Below, in pieces: positions 12,681 through 27,385 of a stretch of 64,000 bases of DNA. The position numbers and the translations under genes are program-made. How positions within the stretch are numbered: the first letter of the stretch is position 1; each line of letters opens with the position of its first letter. Source of the DNA: Octopus vulgaris (Eukaryota). The notes below the pieces were generated by a model. The model was not told where the DNA came from. It saw nothing but the letters and a program-made list of their open reading frames with translations, and did no database searches. The stretch lies in contig OX597830.1 of NCBI GenBank assembly GCA_951406725.2, positions 72,974,001-73,038,000 of the forward strand. The letters run 5' to 3'.

Positions 12681-14379
12681 GCACGATAAAAAACTAAAAA
12701 CTACATACATACTTACATATATATATTGTGATCACGTTTTCATTGTACCTTATAATTTTCAGTTTTTTTTATGTATAACACTAGATTGTTTTGCTTCGAT
12801 CTTTTTTTTTTCGTATATATGTGATGATTTCCTGAACTACACCTGCGATGAGGCTCGTTTAAAATGGTTTATGTTGCTTGCAAAGTACATAAATCTTATA
12901 TCTTTAATTTCCCTTCTATACGCTTGTTTACTGTTAACTCGGGCCCAATACATTTTAAGTAGCGAATGAGTAAAAAAAACGGTGGTGAAAACAGTATAAC
13001 CAACATTTAATGCTTTATGTTTATAACTTTGTACAGTTTATAAAAGAATCTATAAATAAACGGATGATAAGGTCAATCTCCTCTTTTATGTTATTCATTG
13101 TGTTTCATTTAAATTTTATCTATATTGCAGAAAGTGCACGTCTTTATGTTTCTTTTTGCTGTCTAAGAAGAAACCACTGTTATTCCATTTAATATAACCA
13201 CGTAATTCAGAGGTACTTTCAGTGGAGTCCGTTCTGTTGTAATCATTCGGACCAAGTGTCCAATATAAGGAAAGCCTGCAGGTTCCCCCGTTTTTATTCA
13301 CTGATCTTGATTATTCTCTAAAATATCATAGTTAACTGCAGATACTCGACCGAGTTTAGCGCAAAAGCTAAATCATTTTACAACTGAACATAAATTTTAA
13401 AACTAGTTGCAAGTAAAAGGAAGCCGTTTCAAAAAGTTTATTTTAAATCTTGGATTGAACGGTAATTTTTGTTAGCTTACATTAAAACAATTTAACACAG
13501 ATATATTCTCTCTTTTATACTTTTAGTTGCTTTAGTCATTCGACTGCGGCCATGCTGTAGCATCGCCTTTCATCGAGCAATCCAGGCCTTATTCTTTCTG
13601 AGCTTAGTATATTCTTAATCTTTATGGATAATAGTTTATGGATAATAATCTTTGTGGATAATAGATGAATTGTATTCACGACGTTCACGACACAAACTTA
13701 ATACTAAGTTTGTGTTTCATAAATTAGAACCGGTGAAACAAGCTCCAGGATAATTTAGATTTTATTGTTTGTTAATATGAGGTCAACACATCTGAGATTC
13801 AGAAGTAGTGTCTCTGGGAGTCCAGAATTTTGATCCTGTTCAAGCTGACTGATTTGTGGGATAAATGTTTGCTGGGGTTTTTTTTTAAGAGATCAACCAT
13901 GTATATCGTCTTTCGTTGACTCAAAACAACGTTTTACCGTCTTAATAGAAAGCCACTCTGAATGCAGTAGTTCACGGGGTAAATTCTCCCTGCATTAAAG
14001 TCATTGATATCAACTATTTTGTTTAACTGTCCAGCTTTGTGTATATGTTTCCAGATGCTTCTGTATATATAAATAAAATATGTATATATGTAACGAGTGT
14101 GGGAATGACTGTAAAAGTAAGTCAAGACTTGAAAGTCATAAGAGAAGCTGCGCTCACACAGGTTCTTGATTGAGTATGTATTATAATGCATCTCTATTTA
14201 CAGGGAATGTACAAAGAAATGTGCATCAGAAGGCAAATTTGAAAAGTCATACTAAGGTTCATCAAAGTAATATTACAATACCTTCGAAGAGAGATGCCAC
14301 TTATTGCTACATCTATAAAAATGATGATAATAATAAATGTATGATAATCTGCAGGCAACAATTTTTTCAGTTAACGATG

Positions 14380-14970
14380 TGTAAGTAACTGATTGGCTGG
14401 ATTCGGAAATCATTCAGAACAAGAAGAATATTCTTCTGGTGAGAATATTTCTTCCCATTCTCCTGTACTACTGCTCCCGATTCTTGTCGATATTAAGGCG
14501 TCAAACTAATAGCTGAGTTTGAGGAAATTCTATGTTGTTATCCCCCAATAGATTACTGCAGTGCAACAGATGAGAAAGAACGTGAAATGTATGCAATGAG
14601 GTGTATGTTAAGGGAAGTTTCTGGAGCTTCTATCACCTAATTTAGGGATCGAAGACTGTGCAGACCCTCAGACTGAATTCCGCTCTATCTACAGTAAAAC
14701 TCCCAAACGGTAACAGCATAGGTTTCAAAGGCTCAGAGCTTTGCAATATCTTACCATAAAAACTTGAAGTTTATACGAGACGTAGATGTGGATGTATTGA
14801 GGTTCATGAATGCTCATTAAGGTGAAGAACGCAAACGAAGGCAGTGTTGTCCAACTCCCTCATTCTTAAACACGGAGAAAATGCCGTGGATATGAAAAGG
14901 AAATAAACAAATGCCTGAAGGCGGTGCCCCAGCATGGCCACAGCTCAAGAGCTAAAACTGGAAAACATAA
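14380..14970 (+). mobile_element. CR1/L2-group LINE 3' remnant including its 3' end
   Basis: Decayed CK*LIGWIRKSFRTR...NSIGFKGSELCNILP...DVDVDV resembles the ORF2 C-terminus; ends GGCGGTGCCCCAGCATGGCCACAGC plus an A-rich tail. Confidence 0.7.
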
Positions 14971-15359
14971 AACATAATAATATTTAGTAAATAATATTGT
15001 GCTAAAATAGTAAAATATAATTTTCTTCAATGTAAATACATATAGACATGTACATGTGTGTGTATGTGTGTGTATTGGACATATATAAATTTAAGTAACA
15101 GTGTTTGGATTCACGTAATCCGTTAGAAGTCAATGAGAAAAAGCTCCTTAGTGTATCATTCTACAAATTATTATTTTGGAGGATTTTTATGCATTTTACA
15201 TTAATGCAGACATGTAAATAACTCATTTATTATTTAAATACAATAATATAAACCACCTACATGCTCTTAAGTTACGAAAATGTTTGTCGTGATAATAGAA
15301 TTTTCTTATTGTTAAATAAAATAATAAAATATCATCAAACAATTCAGTCATGACTTTGT

Positions 15360-15362
15360 GTC

Positions 15363-15393
<31 letters not shown>

Positions 15394-15649
15394 TATGTAT
15401 GTATGTATATATATATATATATGTATGTATATATATATATATATATTTTACATGTGTATATATGTATATATATATATATATATACATACATAGATATATA
15501 CATATATATATACATATATATACATACATACATACATACATATATATATACAAACATACATACATACATATATATATATACATACATAGATATATATATA
15601 TATATATAAACATACATACATATATATTTATATATATATATATATACAC

Positions 15650-15722
<73 letters not shown>
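15360..15722. repeat. (TA)n/(TACA)n/(CA)n microsatellite
   Basis: Direct inspection. Confidence 0.95.
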
Positions 15723-15725
<3 letters not shown>

Positions 15726-15954
15726 AAGTGCCTGCATATTTATGTTATATATGTGTATATTTGGTGAGGGTAAACATATATACCACTATATTAACTGATT
15801 TCATGCCTAACGTCAGCATTATTTCTTTCTGATTTTAATCTAATCCTCCTACACGTTGAAAAGTCACATGCATATACAAAGTAATACATACGCATACGTA
15901 CGCACACAAACACACACAAACATACATAAAATACGTGCGCTCGTACTCTCACAT

Positions 15955-16338
15955 GGAAGCACTCCGTCGGTTACGACGACGAGGGTTCCGGTTGATCCGA
16001 ATCAACGGAACAGCCTGCTCGTGGAATTAAAGTGTAAGTGGCTGAGCACTCCACAGACACGTGTACCATTAACGTAGTTCTCGGGGATATTCAGCGTGAC
16101 ACAGAGAGTGACAAGGCCGGCCCTTTGAAATACAGGTACAACCGAAACAGGAAGTAAGAGTGAGAGATAGTTGTGGTGAAAGAGTACAGCAGGGATCACC
16201 ACCATCCCCTGCCGGAGCCTCGTGGAGCTTTAGGTGTTTTCTCTCAATAAAAACTCACAACGCCCGGTCTGGGAATCGAAACCGCAATCCTATGACCGCG
16301 AGTCCGCTGCCCTAACCACTGGGCCATTGCGCCTCCAC
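15955..16338 (-). mobile_element. Full-length SINE group A, tail type 2
   Basis: Reverse complement of the copy at 50369; 10-bp TSD ACTCTCACAT at 15945-15954 and 16339-16348. Confidence 0.93.
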
Positions 16339-17335
16339 ACTCTCACATAAAGACGCACAGATTACAGATTACTTACTGAATTACATTCACATAACACAGT
16401 GAAAAACCACCATAGATATACACAAACACAATTCAAGAAACACTCACTGACTCATTCTGACACATAAAAATCAGAATATTTCTATATGTCGTACAAATAT
16501 ATACACATAAAAGATAACGTTTACAATCCATACAAATATTCAATAAAACCTCACACGCAGTGAAATACGAAACAAACATAAGAATATAAAATTTTAACAC
16601 ACTCCACACTCTATTAGCTTATGACATATTTTTATGTTATTATTGAGTGAGTAATTAACTATAAACCTATTGATCTTCAATTAATATTCATTGATATTTT
16701 CAGCCACTGTTAATTGATAGTTTGTTTTATACATATATATATATATGTATATTTTTTTATAAAATCGATATTATACACATAGAATATCACAAAGCTTATT
16801 TTTATGATATTTTCACTTGTATCATGTTTTAATATTCAATATTGATTTTTAATTGTGGTTTTATTGCTGTGGGGGCGATTTAAAAAAAAATAGAAAAGCG
16901 TAACCGAAAACGAAAGATTTAAATGCTTTTAAGAGCAATTAATTTTTATAACACCATAAATACATTTTAGTTATGTTCAAATCATTTTCTTTTTTTTTTT
17001 ATTTCATCAAGTATATTTGTTGCTGATATTCAGCTTAATTTAAACTTGTAACGGGTCCCTTGTTTTATTTATTTATTTATTTATTTGGTTTAACCCTTAG
17101 GCGTTTTGCCTTATGATTACGTCACGCATTTTCATCTTTCGAACATTTCCATAGAAATATGCGCGGCAATGTCACTTAAACGGTAGATTTACATCTCAAA
17201 TTATTTAGAAATACAAACATGCATGCATTTGCACACACACACACACACACACACATACACACACATACACACACGCACACGTATGTGGATTTACTGATTG
17301 ATTATCATGAGCATCTATGTTAGACGTTTACTCAC

Positions 17336-17735
17336 AGACGTAGGAGTGACTGTGTGGTAAGTAGCATGCTTACGAACCACATGGTTTTGGGTTCAGTCCC
17401 TCTGCGTGGCACCTTGGGCAATTATATTCTACTATAGCCTCGGGCCGACCAAAGCCTTGTGAGCGGATTTGGTAGACGGAAACTGAAAGAGGTCCGTCGT
17501 ATATATGTATATATATATATATATGTATGTATGTATGTGTGTGTTTGTGCGTCTGTGCTTGTCCCCCCAACATCGCTTGACAACCGATGCTGGTGTGTTT
17601 ACGTCCCCGTAACTTAGCGCTTCGGTTTACAAAGAATGAGTCGTGAGGTCAATTTGCTCGATTAAAGACGTGCTCCAGCATGGTCACAGTCAAATGACTG
17701 AAACAAGTAAAAGAATAAAGAAAGAGTAAAGAGTA
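17336..17735 (+). mobile_element. Full-length SINE group B with internal microsatellite
   Basis: Head AGGAGTGACTGTGTGGTAAG, GGGTTCAGTCCC box, internal (TA)/(TG), tail GTGCTCCAGCATGGTCACAGTCAAATGACTGAAACAAGTAAAAGA. Confidence 0.9.
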
Positions 17736-18425
17736 AGTAGAACTCCATCTATATGTATTGGGCCCTAATTCTATTCTTATGTTTACTCACTCGTTTGTAT
17801 GTATGTATATATGTATGTATGTATGTATGTGTATTTATATGCATATGTTTGTCCTTTGCGTATATGTCTTGTGTGTGTGTGTATATTTGTGTATGTGTGT
17901 GTGTACGTGTGCTTTTGCTATCATCCTCATACAAAATGTACAAGAAAATCAACATCTCACATGAGCACATGATTACACAATTATTTAACAGGCTATATAT
18001 TGGAAGAGATGCATAAGGTTGAATATTGTTGTGAATACAATGGAAGGAGATGAGGGAAACTCCGAGCGAAAATGAATTGAATATAGATTGAAAGGAAACA
18101 CAATACTGGCGAAAAGACTTATGTGTACATAAAATACTTCAACTTTTCATATTGATCTTCTAATTTGATACAAACACTGTGATTTGTTTACTACTTAAAT
18201 CAAATTATATTTTGTATTTATAAATGTCTGTTTAACAAAAGAATATCAGCTGTTATTTCTAGCATTTAACAACATTTCCTCAATAGTAGTGAGATTTGTT
18301 TTTCAGCCAGGGTTCTTAGGGAAGTGATTGCTTCTTTTTCACACTATCAGTGATATCTTAGAATGCTTCTACATTTGATGTGATATCCTGATCGCATAGT
18401 ATCGATAATCACGGCTCTGTTAATT

Positions 18426-18640
18426 CAGGGTTTCTCTATTATTATTTTTTTTATCCATGGACCCTTTTGATTACCAGTTTATTCTGGTGGGCCCCCACAG
18501 GTATTCGATGTTTAAAAATTAGTTTTATAGAAACTACTTTCAAAATTTCTATTTTCGTTTTCGAAGGTTAACATGTGTACGTTGAACTATGCAAAATGTT
18601 GGAAATAGAAACCTAGATGTTTCTTGCAATACATACGACA
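18426..18640. mobile_element. hAT-like MITE left-end fragment
   Basis: CAGGGTTTCTC...ATGGACCC start; a complementary right-end motif GGTTGAGAACCACTG occurs at ~63178-63192. Confidence 0.35.
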
Positions 18641-18789
18641 AAATGGTTTTACGGAGATGTACTTGCATAACGAATGACTTGATCTGAGATCGTGTGCTGG
18701 AACGAAAACAATTGCAGCTTGGAAGGTGTTTATAAGCCATTTAAGAAACACACAAAAACCTTTAGATTCCCTTCAACATTTAAATTTAA

Positions 18790-18840
18790 TTTGTCAAAAT
18801 ATTTTCGTCGCTTTCCGACCGCAACCTCTTCACTGACAAA
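18790..18840 (-). ncRNA. Type I hammerhead-like motif, G3 core variant
   Basis: TTTGTCA GTGAAGA G GTTGC-loop-GCGAC GAAA ATAT TT TGACAAA: 7-bp stem I, 5-bp stem II, palindromic stem III. Confidence 0.65.
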
Positions 18841-19134
18841 ACTCCCATTTCCTTACAAAATGGATTCTGGATTTATTGAAAAGGCTAGATTGCAATACTT
18901 GCTCAGGAAATTTTGATGTAAGTTTTAAAGCTTCAAAAGTTAGTGAAAAGAAACCTCTGTTCTTTTTACATAATTACATCCTCTCTCTCTCTCTGTCCGT
19001 GTACGTGTGTGTGTGTGTGTGTATTCACGCATATGTGTCTGTGTGTGATTACGTGCGTGCGTGCGTGTGTGTGTATATCTGTGTGTGCATCTGTATGTGT
19101 GTTAATCTATGCGTGTTTGTGAGTATATGAACTG

Positions 19135-19529
19135 TACTCTTTACTCTTTACTCTTTTACTTGTTTCAATCATTTGACTGCGGCCATGCTGGAGCACCGAC
19201 TTTAGTCGAGCAAATCGACCCCGGGACTTATTCTTTGTAAGCCTAGTACTTATTCTATCGGTATGTTTTGCCGAACCGCTAAGTTACGGAGACGTAAAAA
19301 CACCAGCATCGGTTGTCAAGCAATGCTAGGACGGCAAACACAGACACACAAACACACACATACATATATACGACAGGCTTCTTTCAGTTTCCGTCTACCA
19401 AATCCACTCGCAAAGCACTGGTCGGCCCGGGGCTATAGCAGAAGACACCTGCCCAAGATGCCACGCAGTGGGACTGAACCCGGAACCATGTGGTTGGTTA
19501 GCAAGGTACTTACCACACAGCCACTCCTG
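19135..19529 (-). mobile_element. Full-length SINE group B
   Basis: Reverse complement of the 17336 and 41221 copies. Confidence 0.92.
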
Positions 19530-19986
19530 GATATATTTTTTTTCCATATTTTTAAAGTCAGTAACTGGCCATCGTAATGTATTTTATCCTGCGACCTCCA
19601 GACAAACAATAAAAAGATAAAAATAAAAAAAAAACAGCAGCATTATCCAGCGTTGTAAATTCATTATTCTCATTGGTCATTATGAAGATAATTGCTTTTC
19701 TTTCAGTAGTTGTAGTTGTGGTGGTATGATAACTGTCCGTAGTAGTGGTGATCAATTTAACGATAAGTCTTCGATGAACCATGACTGCAATCCGGTTTCA
19801 ATACTCGGAGTGCATTCATTAAGTACCACTAGGGAAATGCTTGCAACGATAATCTCATTTTCTCTCATTTCTCCGTATCTCCAGCCCCTATTTTGAGATC
19901 TACTACATTCAATCTCTCATACAAAAACCCTGAATTTGGAACTCATTAGTAGATGCCCTTATCAGTAGTAGAAGTAGTAGTAGTAT

Positions 19987-20025
<39 letters not shown>

Positions 20026-20212
20026 GAAAGGAGTGTCCGTTTTTCCTGTAACTAATTTAGGATGTTATTCAGCCGACTGCTATGCCTGGCCTCGTATTAT
20101 AAACCTCCAGCAAAAAAAAACCCATCATTTGAGGTGGGGCGGGAGATCCCGATTGATATCAGGCATTCGCAGCTTTGATGTATGTTTATAGCTGTGAATG
20201 CAGACATCAATC

Positions 20213-20880
<668 letters not shown>

Positions 20881-21096
20881 TGCCGTTGAGATCCTCTTTT
20901 GTTGGTCCCGTTTAATGTTGTTGTCGAGAAACATTCTTCATCAACGTGATGCAATAACGTTATCGTCTTTTTATCAAGTCCCAACCAGATGTTGCCGGAT
21001 CTTCCCTGATCTTTTTTCCGAAATATTTATGCATTTATGTCTTTATTTTAATTTTTTTTTTTTTTTTACATTTTGTTATTGATATATTTATGTTTT

Positions 21097-21345
21097 ACTA
21101 ATTTATGATATTTTAATTGCCGAAAGAAAATCAAATACATATACAAGTATAAAAAAAAAAATATATTAATTTTGCTGGTATGGGTCCTACTCGCCTTCAT
21201 AACGGGATGATTTCTGTATCCACAAATTTCGATATTTATCATCGGTCACAAATTTAAGGATTGTCTTCTCTCTTTTTCAAGTGTGAAGGAAAATATGTTT
21301 CCTATAAAGACACACATTACATCTTATAAAATATACTATATTACC
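21097..21345 (+). mobile_element. Decayed Penelope-like GIY-YIG endonuclease remnant
   Basis: TNL*YFNCRKKIKYI...MISVSTNFDI...FFKC...KDTHYI resembles the PLE pattern NLIY..C...YIG...IPVS.H...PFFKC...E..FI; a CTGATGA...GAAAC motif follows at 21475-21503. Confidence 0.4.
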
Positions 21346-21602
21346 GATTACTTATATATGAATGCTAATGTCATGATAGTACTCGATGTTTTATGATAGA
21401 GCTCATTAAAATATGTGACCCAAGTCAAAAATTTCAATTTACGAGAAACACTTTATTGGATACCACTTGCTCCGCTGATGATTAAGTATTAAACACATGA
21501 AACTTTGAAAGATCAATATAGAATAAACATACATGCCCTAACTTTAATATTTGTACATATAAACAAGGTGCCTCGACAGAACCGTTAGCACGCCGGGCAA
21601 AA

Positions 21603-22238
21603 TATCAGATCATCCCATAAGTTTTGTCCGAATTTTGAATAAAGAAAACAAGTGATCAAATGTATTTAATTGAAATTTAATCATTACTTTCCTTGATTGT
21701 CTGTGACTTCCTTCCATTTATTTACAAGTTTTTAATCTCATCAATGCAAAACTTTTTTGGTTTCAAACTCTGAAATGTCAGTTTCGACCTCCTCCTGGCT
21801 TGCGAAAGTTATGTCCCCCAAATGATTCTGTAAACTAGGAAACAAATGGTAGCCTGAAGGAGCAAGTTCGGTAGAATAAGGTGGATGAAGAAATTTTTCC
21901 CAACCAAGTTCTTTGATCTTCTGTGATGTGATCTTTACAGTGTGGGATCGCGTATTGTCCTGATGAAACATCGCTCCTTTCCGATTCACGAAAATGGTTT
22001 TTTTTTTTTCAAAGCTTGTTTCAAACGCTCTAATTGCTGACAGTAGACTTGAGCATTGGTTGTTGCATTAGGTAGTAACAATTCAAAGTGAATTACCCCT
22101 TTGTAATACCACCAGATAGAGAGAAGAAACTTTTTCCCATGAAGTTCCCTTCTCGGTTGTGGTTGAGCTTTTTCCTTTTTTACCAAGTCACTGTTTACGA
22201 CGTTTAACATTTCGATAGAAGATACATTTTTCGTCAGC
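21603..22238 (-). mobile_element. Mariner transposon 3' half with one TIR; transposase pseudogene
   Basis: DEKCIFYRN, LLSIWWYYKGVIHFELL, FHQDNTRSH and HPPYSTELAPSGYHLF match mariner DEKW/HDNARPH/YSPDLAPSDY motifs; TA plus TIR at 21603; frameshifts. Confidence 0.93.
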
Positions 22239-22452
22239 TGGCAGAAACTTTAGCACGCCGGACGAAATGCTTAGCGGTATTTCGTCTGCCGCTACGTTCT
22301 GAGTTCAAATTCCTCAACTTTGCTTTTCATCCTTTCGGAGTCGATTAAATAAGTACCAGTTACGCACTGGGGTCGATATAATCGACTTAATCCGTTTGTC
22401 TGTCCTTGTTTGTCCCCTCGGTGTGTAGCCCCTTCTGGGCAGTAAAGAATTA
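22236..22452 (+). mobile_element. SINE group C
   Basis: AGCTGGCAGAAAC head; same body and tail as the 3442 copy. Confidence 0.9.
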
Positions 22453-22889
22453 AGTATATCAAAATGTAAAAAAGGGCCGATAGCATAAGTGGTGACGTAA
22501 GAAATAAGACGTGGATTGATTCCCGTCTCTAACATCTTTAAGGTAATGCCTTAGTATAGCTAGAGTCTAATGAATGAAGCCATGTATGTAAGTATGTGTA
22601 TACGTGTGCTTACGTGCATGAGTGTATGAGTGTGTGTGTGTGTGTGTGTGTGCGTGTGTGTGTGTGTGTGTGTGTTTGTGTGTATGCATGTGTGTGCGTG
22701 CGTGCTCGTACGTGTGTGTTTAGGTGCGTATTTTTTGCGTGAAGTACATAATATAATAGACAGGAACCGAACAAAAGTATAATATAATACCAAAAATATC
22801 CGGAATTGTTTTACATTATCTTATTTTGCTTAATGGATTGTTATCATTATTATTGTTGTTGCTATTGTTGTTATTGATGTCGTTGTTTA

Positions 22890-22998
<109 letters not shown>

Positions 22999-23284
22999 AA
23001 TACTGCTACATTATTTTTTCATTTTCTTTTTTCGCCAGGATCATCTTATCTCTTTTCTGTCTGCATTTTTCAGCGTACTGTTATTGATGCAACCACCCAG
23101 TACACTACTTGAGAACGCATTCTTTCGTTATTAATATACTCCATCTTAGATGTTTTAATGAAGTAAAATGTCCATAAATTAGGATGACCATCCGCCGCCA
23201 TATTATCGCGATGTTTTCTTATTCATAATCACCATTTATTTTTACATTTGCGTATGATTGTGTAGTTTATATTTTGATTACACT

Positions 23285-23302
23285 CACACACACATACATG
23301 TT

Positions 23303-23369
<67 letters not shown>

Positions 23370-23463
23370 ATATATATGTATGTATGTATATATATATACA
23401 TATAAATATATACATATACATACATATATATATACATACATACATATACATATATACATATAC

Positions 23464-23498
<35 letters not shown>

Positions 23499-23570
23499 CA
23501 TGTATATACATACATACGCACATACATGTATACATTCATACATATACATATATACATATATTTATATACA
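23285..23570. repeat. (TA)n/(TACA)n microsatellite
   Basis: Direct inspection. Confidence 0.95.
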
Positions 23571-25381
23571 ATCATTATTTTCCTTATTGTTGTTGACGTT
23601 CTTCCTTGTGTTTTCTTATATATTTTTTGTAATATAATTAATATTATATCTGAGACTTTTTTTTTATATTTGTTACAATGTTGTGATATTGTTCTTCGAT
23701 GTTATATTTTTCTTGCAGTGTTTTGCATCTGTTTTATGGTTGTTTTTATAAAGTGTTGTTATCATTTTAAAAATATTTTTCGTTTACGTTTCTTTTAAAT
23801 TGTTACGTTTTGTAAAGCTTCGTTATTTATTTTGTTGTTACGATTTATTATAGTTGCTTTGTTGTTATACCTTGTGTTTTTTCTCTCGTACGTTTTCGGT
23901 AAGTGTTGTTATTATATTTCGTGATGTTCTTTTGTTCTTTTTCAGGCATTTTGCCCACTCTTTTCAGGATTATTTCTTTCGTTACGTTTTCTCACGTTCC
24001 TTTGCTGTATTTTGCCTTTTATCTTATTCTATACTTTCTTGCCCTGATTTTTTACAATATTTAGTTGTTAAAAATGTTATATTCCCAGTATTATTTATTA
24101 TACCTTTTTGCTATATTTGGTTCGTATGTTTTGTGTTGAGTTGCATCTTTATATTTCGTTGCTATGATTGTTGCTTCTTTGAGAGTTTATTGAAGCTTTC
24201 CCCTCGTCCTTGAATGAGTATTTACTCAAAATCATATTTGGATCACCTTCAAGTAGTGTAACATTCTGTTTATATCATCGATACACGAAACACTACCACC
24301 AACATCGTCCTCTCTTCCATAACTCCTCCCTACTCTGTAAGTGCTACATCCAACTGCATCACCACTTTTATGCGCTCCATAATACGTACCTCATCTACAA
24401 CCACCACCGCCACAGCCACCACCATCATTATCAGCACCAACAACAACAACAATAACTACAACAAAACCTTCACTGCCATACATCGCATCGATTTACACCA
24501 CTATTATTACCAGCATCACCGCAAAATCAAGAGATGTTAATATTACCCACACTATCATTACCGCCTCTACAACCCCATCATCTCTCTCTATCCCTCATCA
24601 ACTATTGAGGATGACACGACTACCATCACCACCACCACCAACAACAACAACAACAACAAATCAATTGCTCTAACTCGTCATTAAGGATGACATGAATACC
24701 ACCGTCACGGACTCCGAGGTAAACACCACCACCCGACCACGACAACCACCTTTATATTGCCATTAGCATCCCCGCCACTCCTCTGACTATTATCCAAACT
24801 ACAACCGTCATCACTAGCAGCACACCACCAGGAAAATAAGTAACGAAACGGGCATATCAGCATCGCCATCACCACCAACAACAATATCAATATCACCACC
24901 GCCATCAACTCCATCACCAACACCAACACGGTAATAACCAATGCCTTTTTTCCCCTTATTCTTCATTTCAATCCCTATGGACAGCCTTGCAGACCATTCT
25001 TTAGACCATTTCCACAAATTAAGCAATGTGACCCGCACGCACTCACAAACATCCCCTTATTCAGATATCTAAATTTCTGACCCACCAATTCAATTTCCCA
25101 TATGGGAAGGGACCCGTTGGAGTTCCAGTTGACGATGAACCTAATTAGGGACCAAACACAACTAGAGACCAAATAGAGGCCAGGCATCTAATTAGAATCA
25201 ATATAATTATCATTAGGAATATGTTACTGTCCAATCTCTGTCCAATCTCTCTTTACTATCTCGAACATATTGTCAAAATTCTACATACACATCTGGATGA
25301 TTCTCTCTTTCATTTCCACTTCCATTCAACCTCTCTCTCCCTCTTTCTTAACACTTCTCTTTCACTGCTCTCTCTTTCACT

Positions 25382-25437
<56 letters not shown>

Positions 25438-25560
25438 GGTTTCAAGATCTCTTTCTTTCTCTCACTTTTCTCTCATTTGGTCCGTTGTTCTCTAAATTAC
25501 TTCGTCTCCTTCTGTTCTCTTCTTTTCTCTAATCTCTCCCTTTTGTCTCCCTACCTCTCC

Positions 25561-25607
<47 letters not shown>

Positions 25608-26031
25608 CTGGCTGCTTCTCTTTCTCTTTGCCTCGCACCTTTTCTGTCACTAGATTTATCTTGATATAGCTTCCTCTCACTGCCTACTCTATCTTTCTAA
25701 CTAGCGATATTTCTGCCGCTATGTCTATCCATCAATCTAAGCATTTATCCATCCAGTTATCTGTTCTCTATCCCCTAGCTATCGATTGAGAGCTAAAGAA
25801 TTAGATATATGTTTGTCTTCCCGTTTATCTATTCATCTACCTGTCTATCTGTCTACCCATCTTTCGGTTTATCTACCCACCTATCTCCGTCTACTTACCC
25901 ATCTCACCACCCATTTATTTCTTACTGGATACTTCTCTTTTTTCTATACAGACTATGTGAAATTGGGTGGATGGAACTTGTGCGCAAGCCCTTTGGTTTT
26001 TCCTGTCCTTGTTCGATAATATTCATCTATC

Positions 26032-26195
26032 AGGGGAGAATTCGCAAAAAAAACCCCAAAAAAACAAAAGACGAAGTTAGGTGGTGTAGACAACAAACAG
26101 ATGTATTAGTATAATGTTCGGGAAGTGAAAATGTCCTTAACGTTTCGAGCCTACGCTCTTCCACATAAAGGAACATTGAAAGAAACAAGAAGAGC
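26032..26195 (-). mobile_element. Short PLE-pLTR-like element with minimal hammerhead variant (motif 26135-26170)
   Basis: Family shared with 32709, 41751, 60013 and 61823; motif CTTT ATGTGGA A GAGC gtag GCTC GAAA CG TT AAGG. Confidence 0.65.
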
Positions 26196-26469
26196 CCGTT
26201 TAACACTCCTACTTGGCCGTTGGATACGTTTAACAGAGTTTATTCTGTTGCAAACATTCAGACCAAATATACGTAGAATGGGTAATCTGTTCCCTCGCTC
26301 TCGCAGGTGTCCAAAACCAAGGAAAAGAGTCGTAACATCTACAGCACCTTCCATTTCTGATCTAACCATCGATCGTTTCATTATACTTGGAGCAACTTTA
26401 CATTCGAAAATTATTTCCTTTTCTTTTGTAATTTTCTATATAACAAATGTTTACTTAAGGCCTGTTATA

Positions 26470-26681
26470 CTGGTTGAAAATTTTGGCACAAGGACGGCAG
26501 AGTCGGGGGAGAGGACTAGGCGATTACACCGACTCAAGTACTCAACTGGTACCTAATTTATCGACATGAAAATATAAAACGCAAAGTCAACCTCGTCGGA
26601 ATTTGAACTCAGAACGTAAAAACGGAAGAAATGATGCTAGGCATTTTGTCAGGCGTGCTAATCTGTCAGCTCGCTGCCTTA
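26470..26681 (-). mobile_element. SINE group C
   Basis: Core AAAGTCAACCTCGTCGGAATTTGAACTCAGAACG; near-TSD AAGGC(C/T)TGTTATA at 26457 and 26682. Confidence 0.85.
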
Positions 26682-27092
26682 AAGGCTTGTTATATTACTG
26701 GGTGAAAATTCCCATATTGTACAGTGATATCAAAAGTTCAGCTAATTAATTAATAGATTGGTAATGAATCAATTAATTAGATTTTATAATAAATAAATAG
26801 ATGAATAAATGAATAAATATGTAACAACGATAATTTATTTTTAAAACAAATCAAAGTCACGAAGTAAGGAAAGCCATCCCCAGTTTTTCTTTTTTGTTTA
26901 TGAAAAAATTCGAAACGAAAACATTCAAAAAATGACTTTCAAACTGATTTTTGAAATAAGTTGCTTTATTAAACATCAAGACAATATTATCGCTCCATTT
27001 CTCTGTTCTAATTTAAATAACGAATTTACTCAAGGCATGTGCTTTATGCGAACATATGTGCTGTATGCGTGCATATGCATTATAATATGAAC

Positions 27093-27382
<290 letters not shown>

Positions 27383-27385
27383 GTA

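Noticed and set aside
26200-26400. Host exon in ORF 26151-26381
   Set aside because: No splice support; GFGHLRERGNRL only loosely resembles a LINE endonuclease motif
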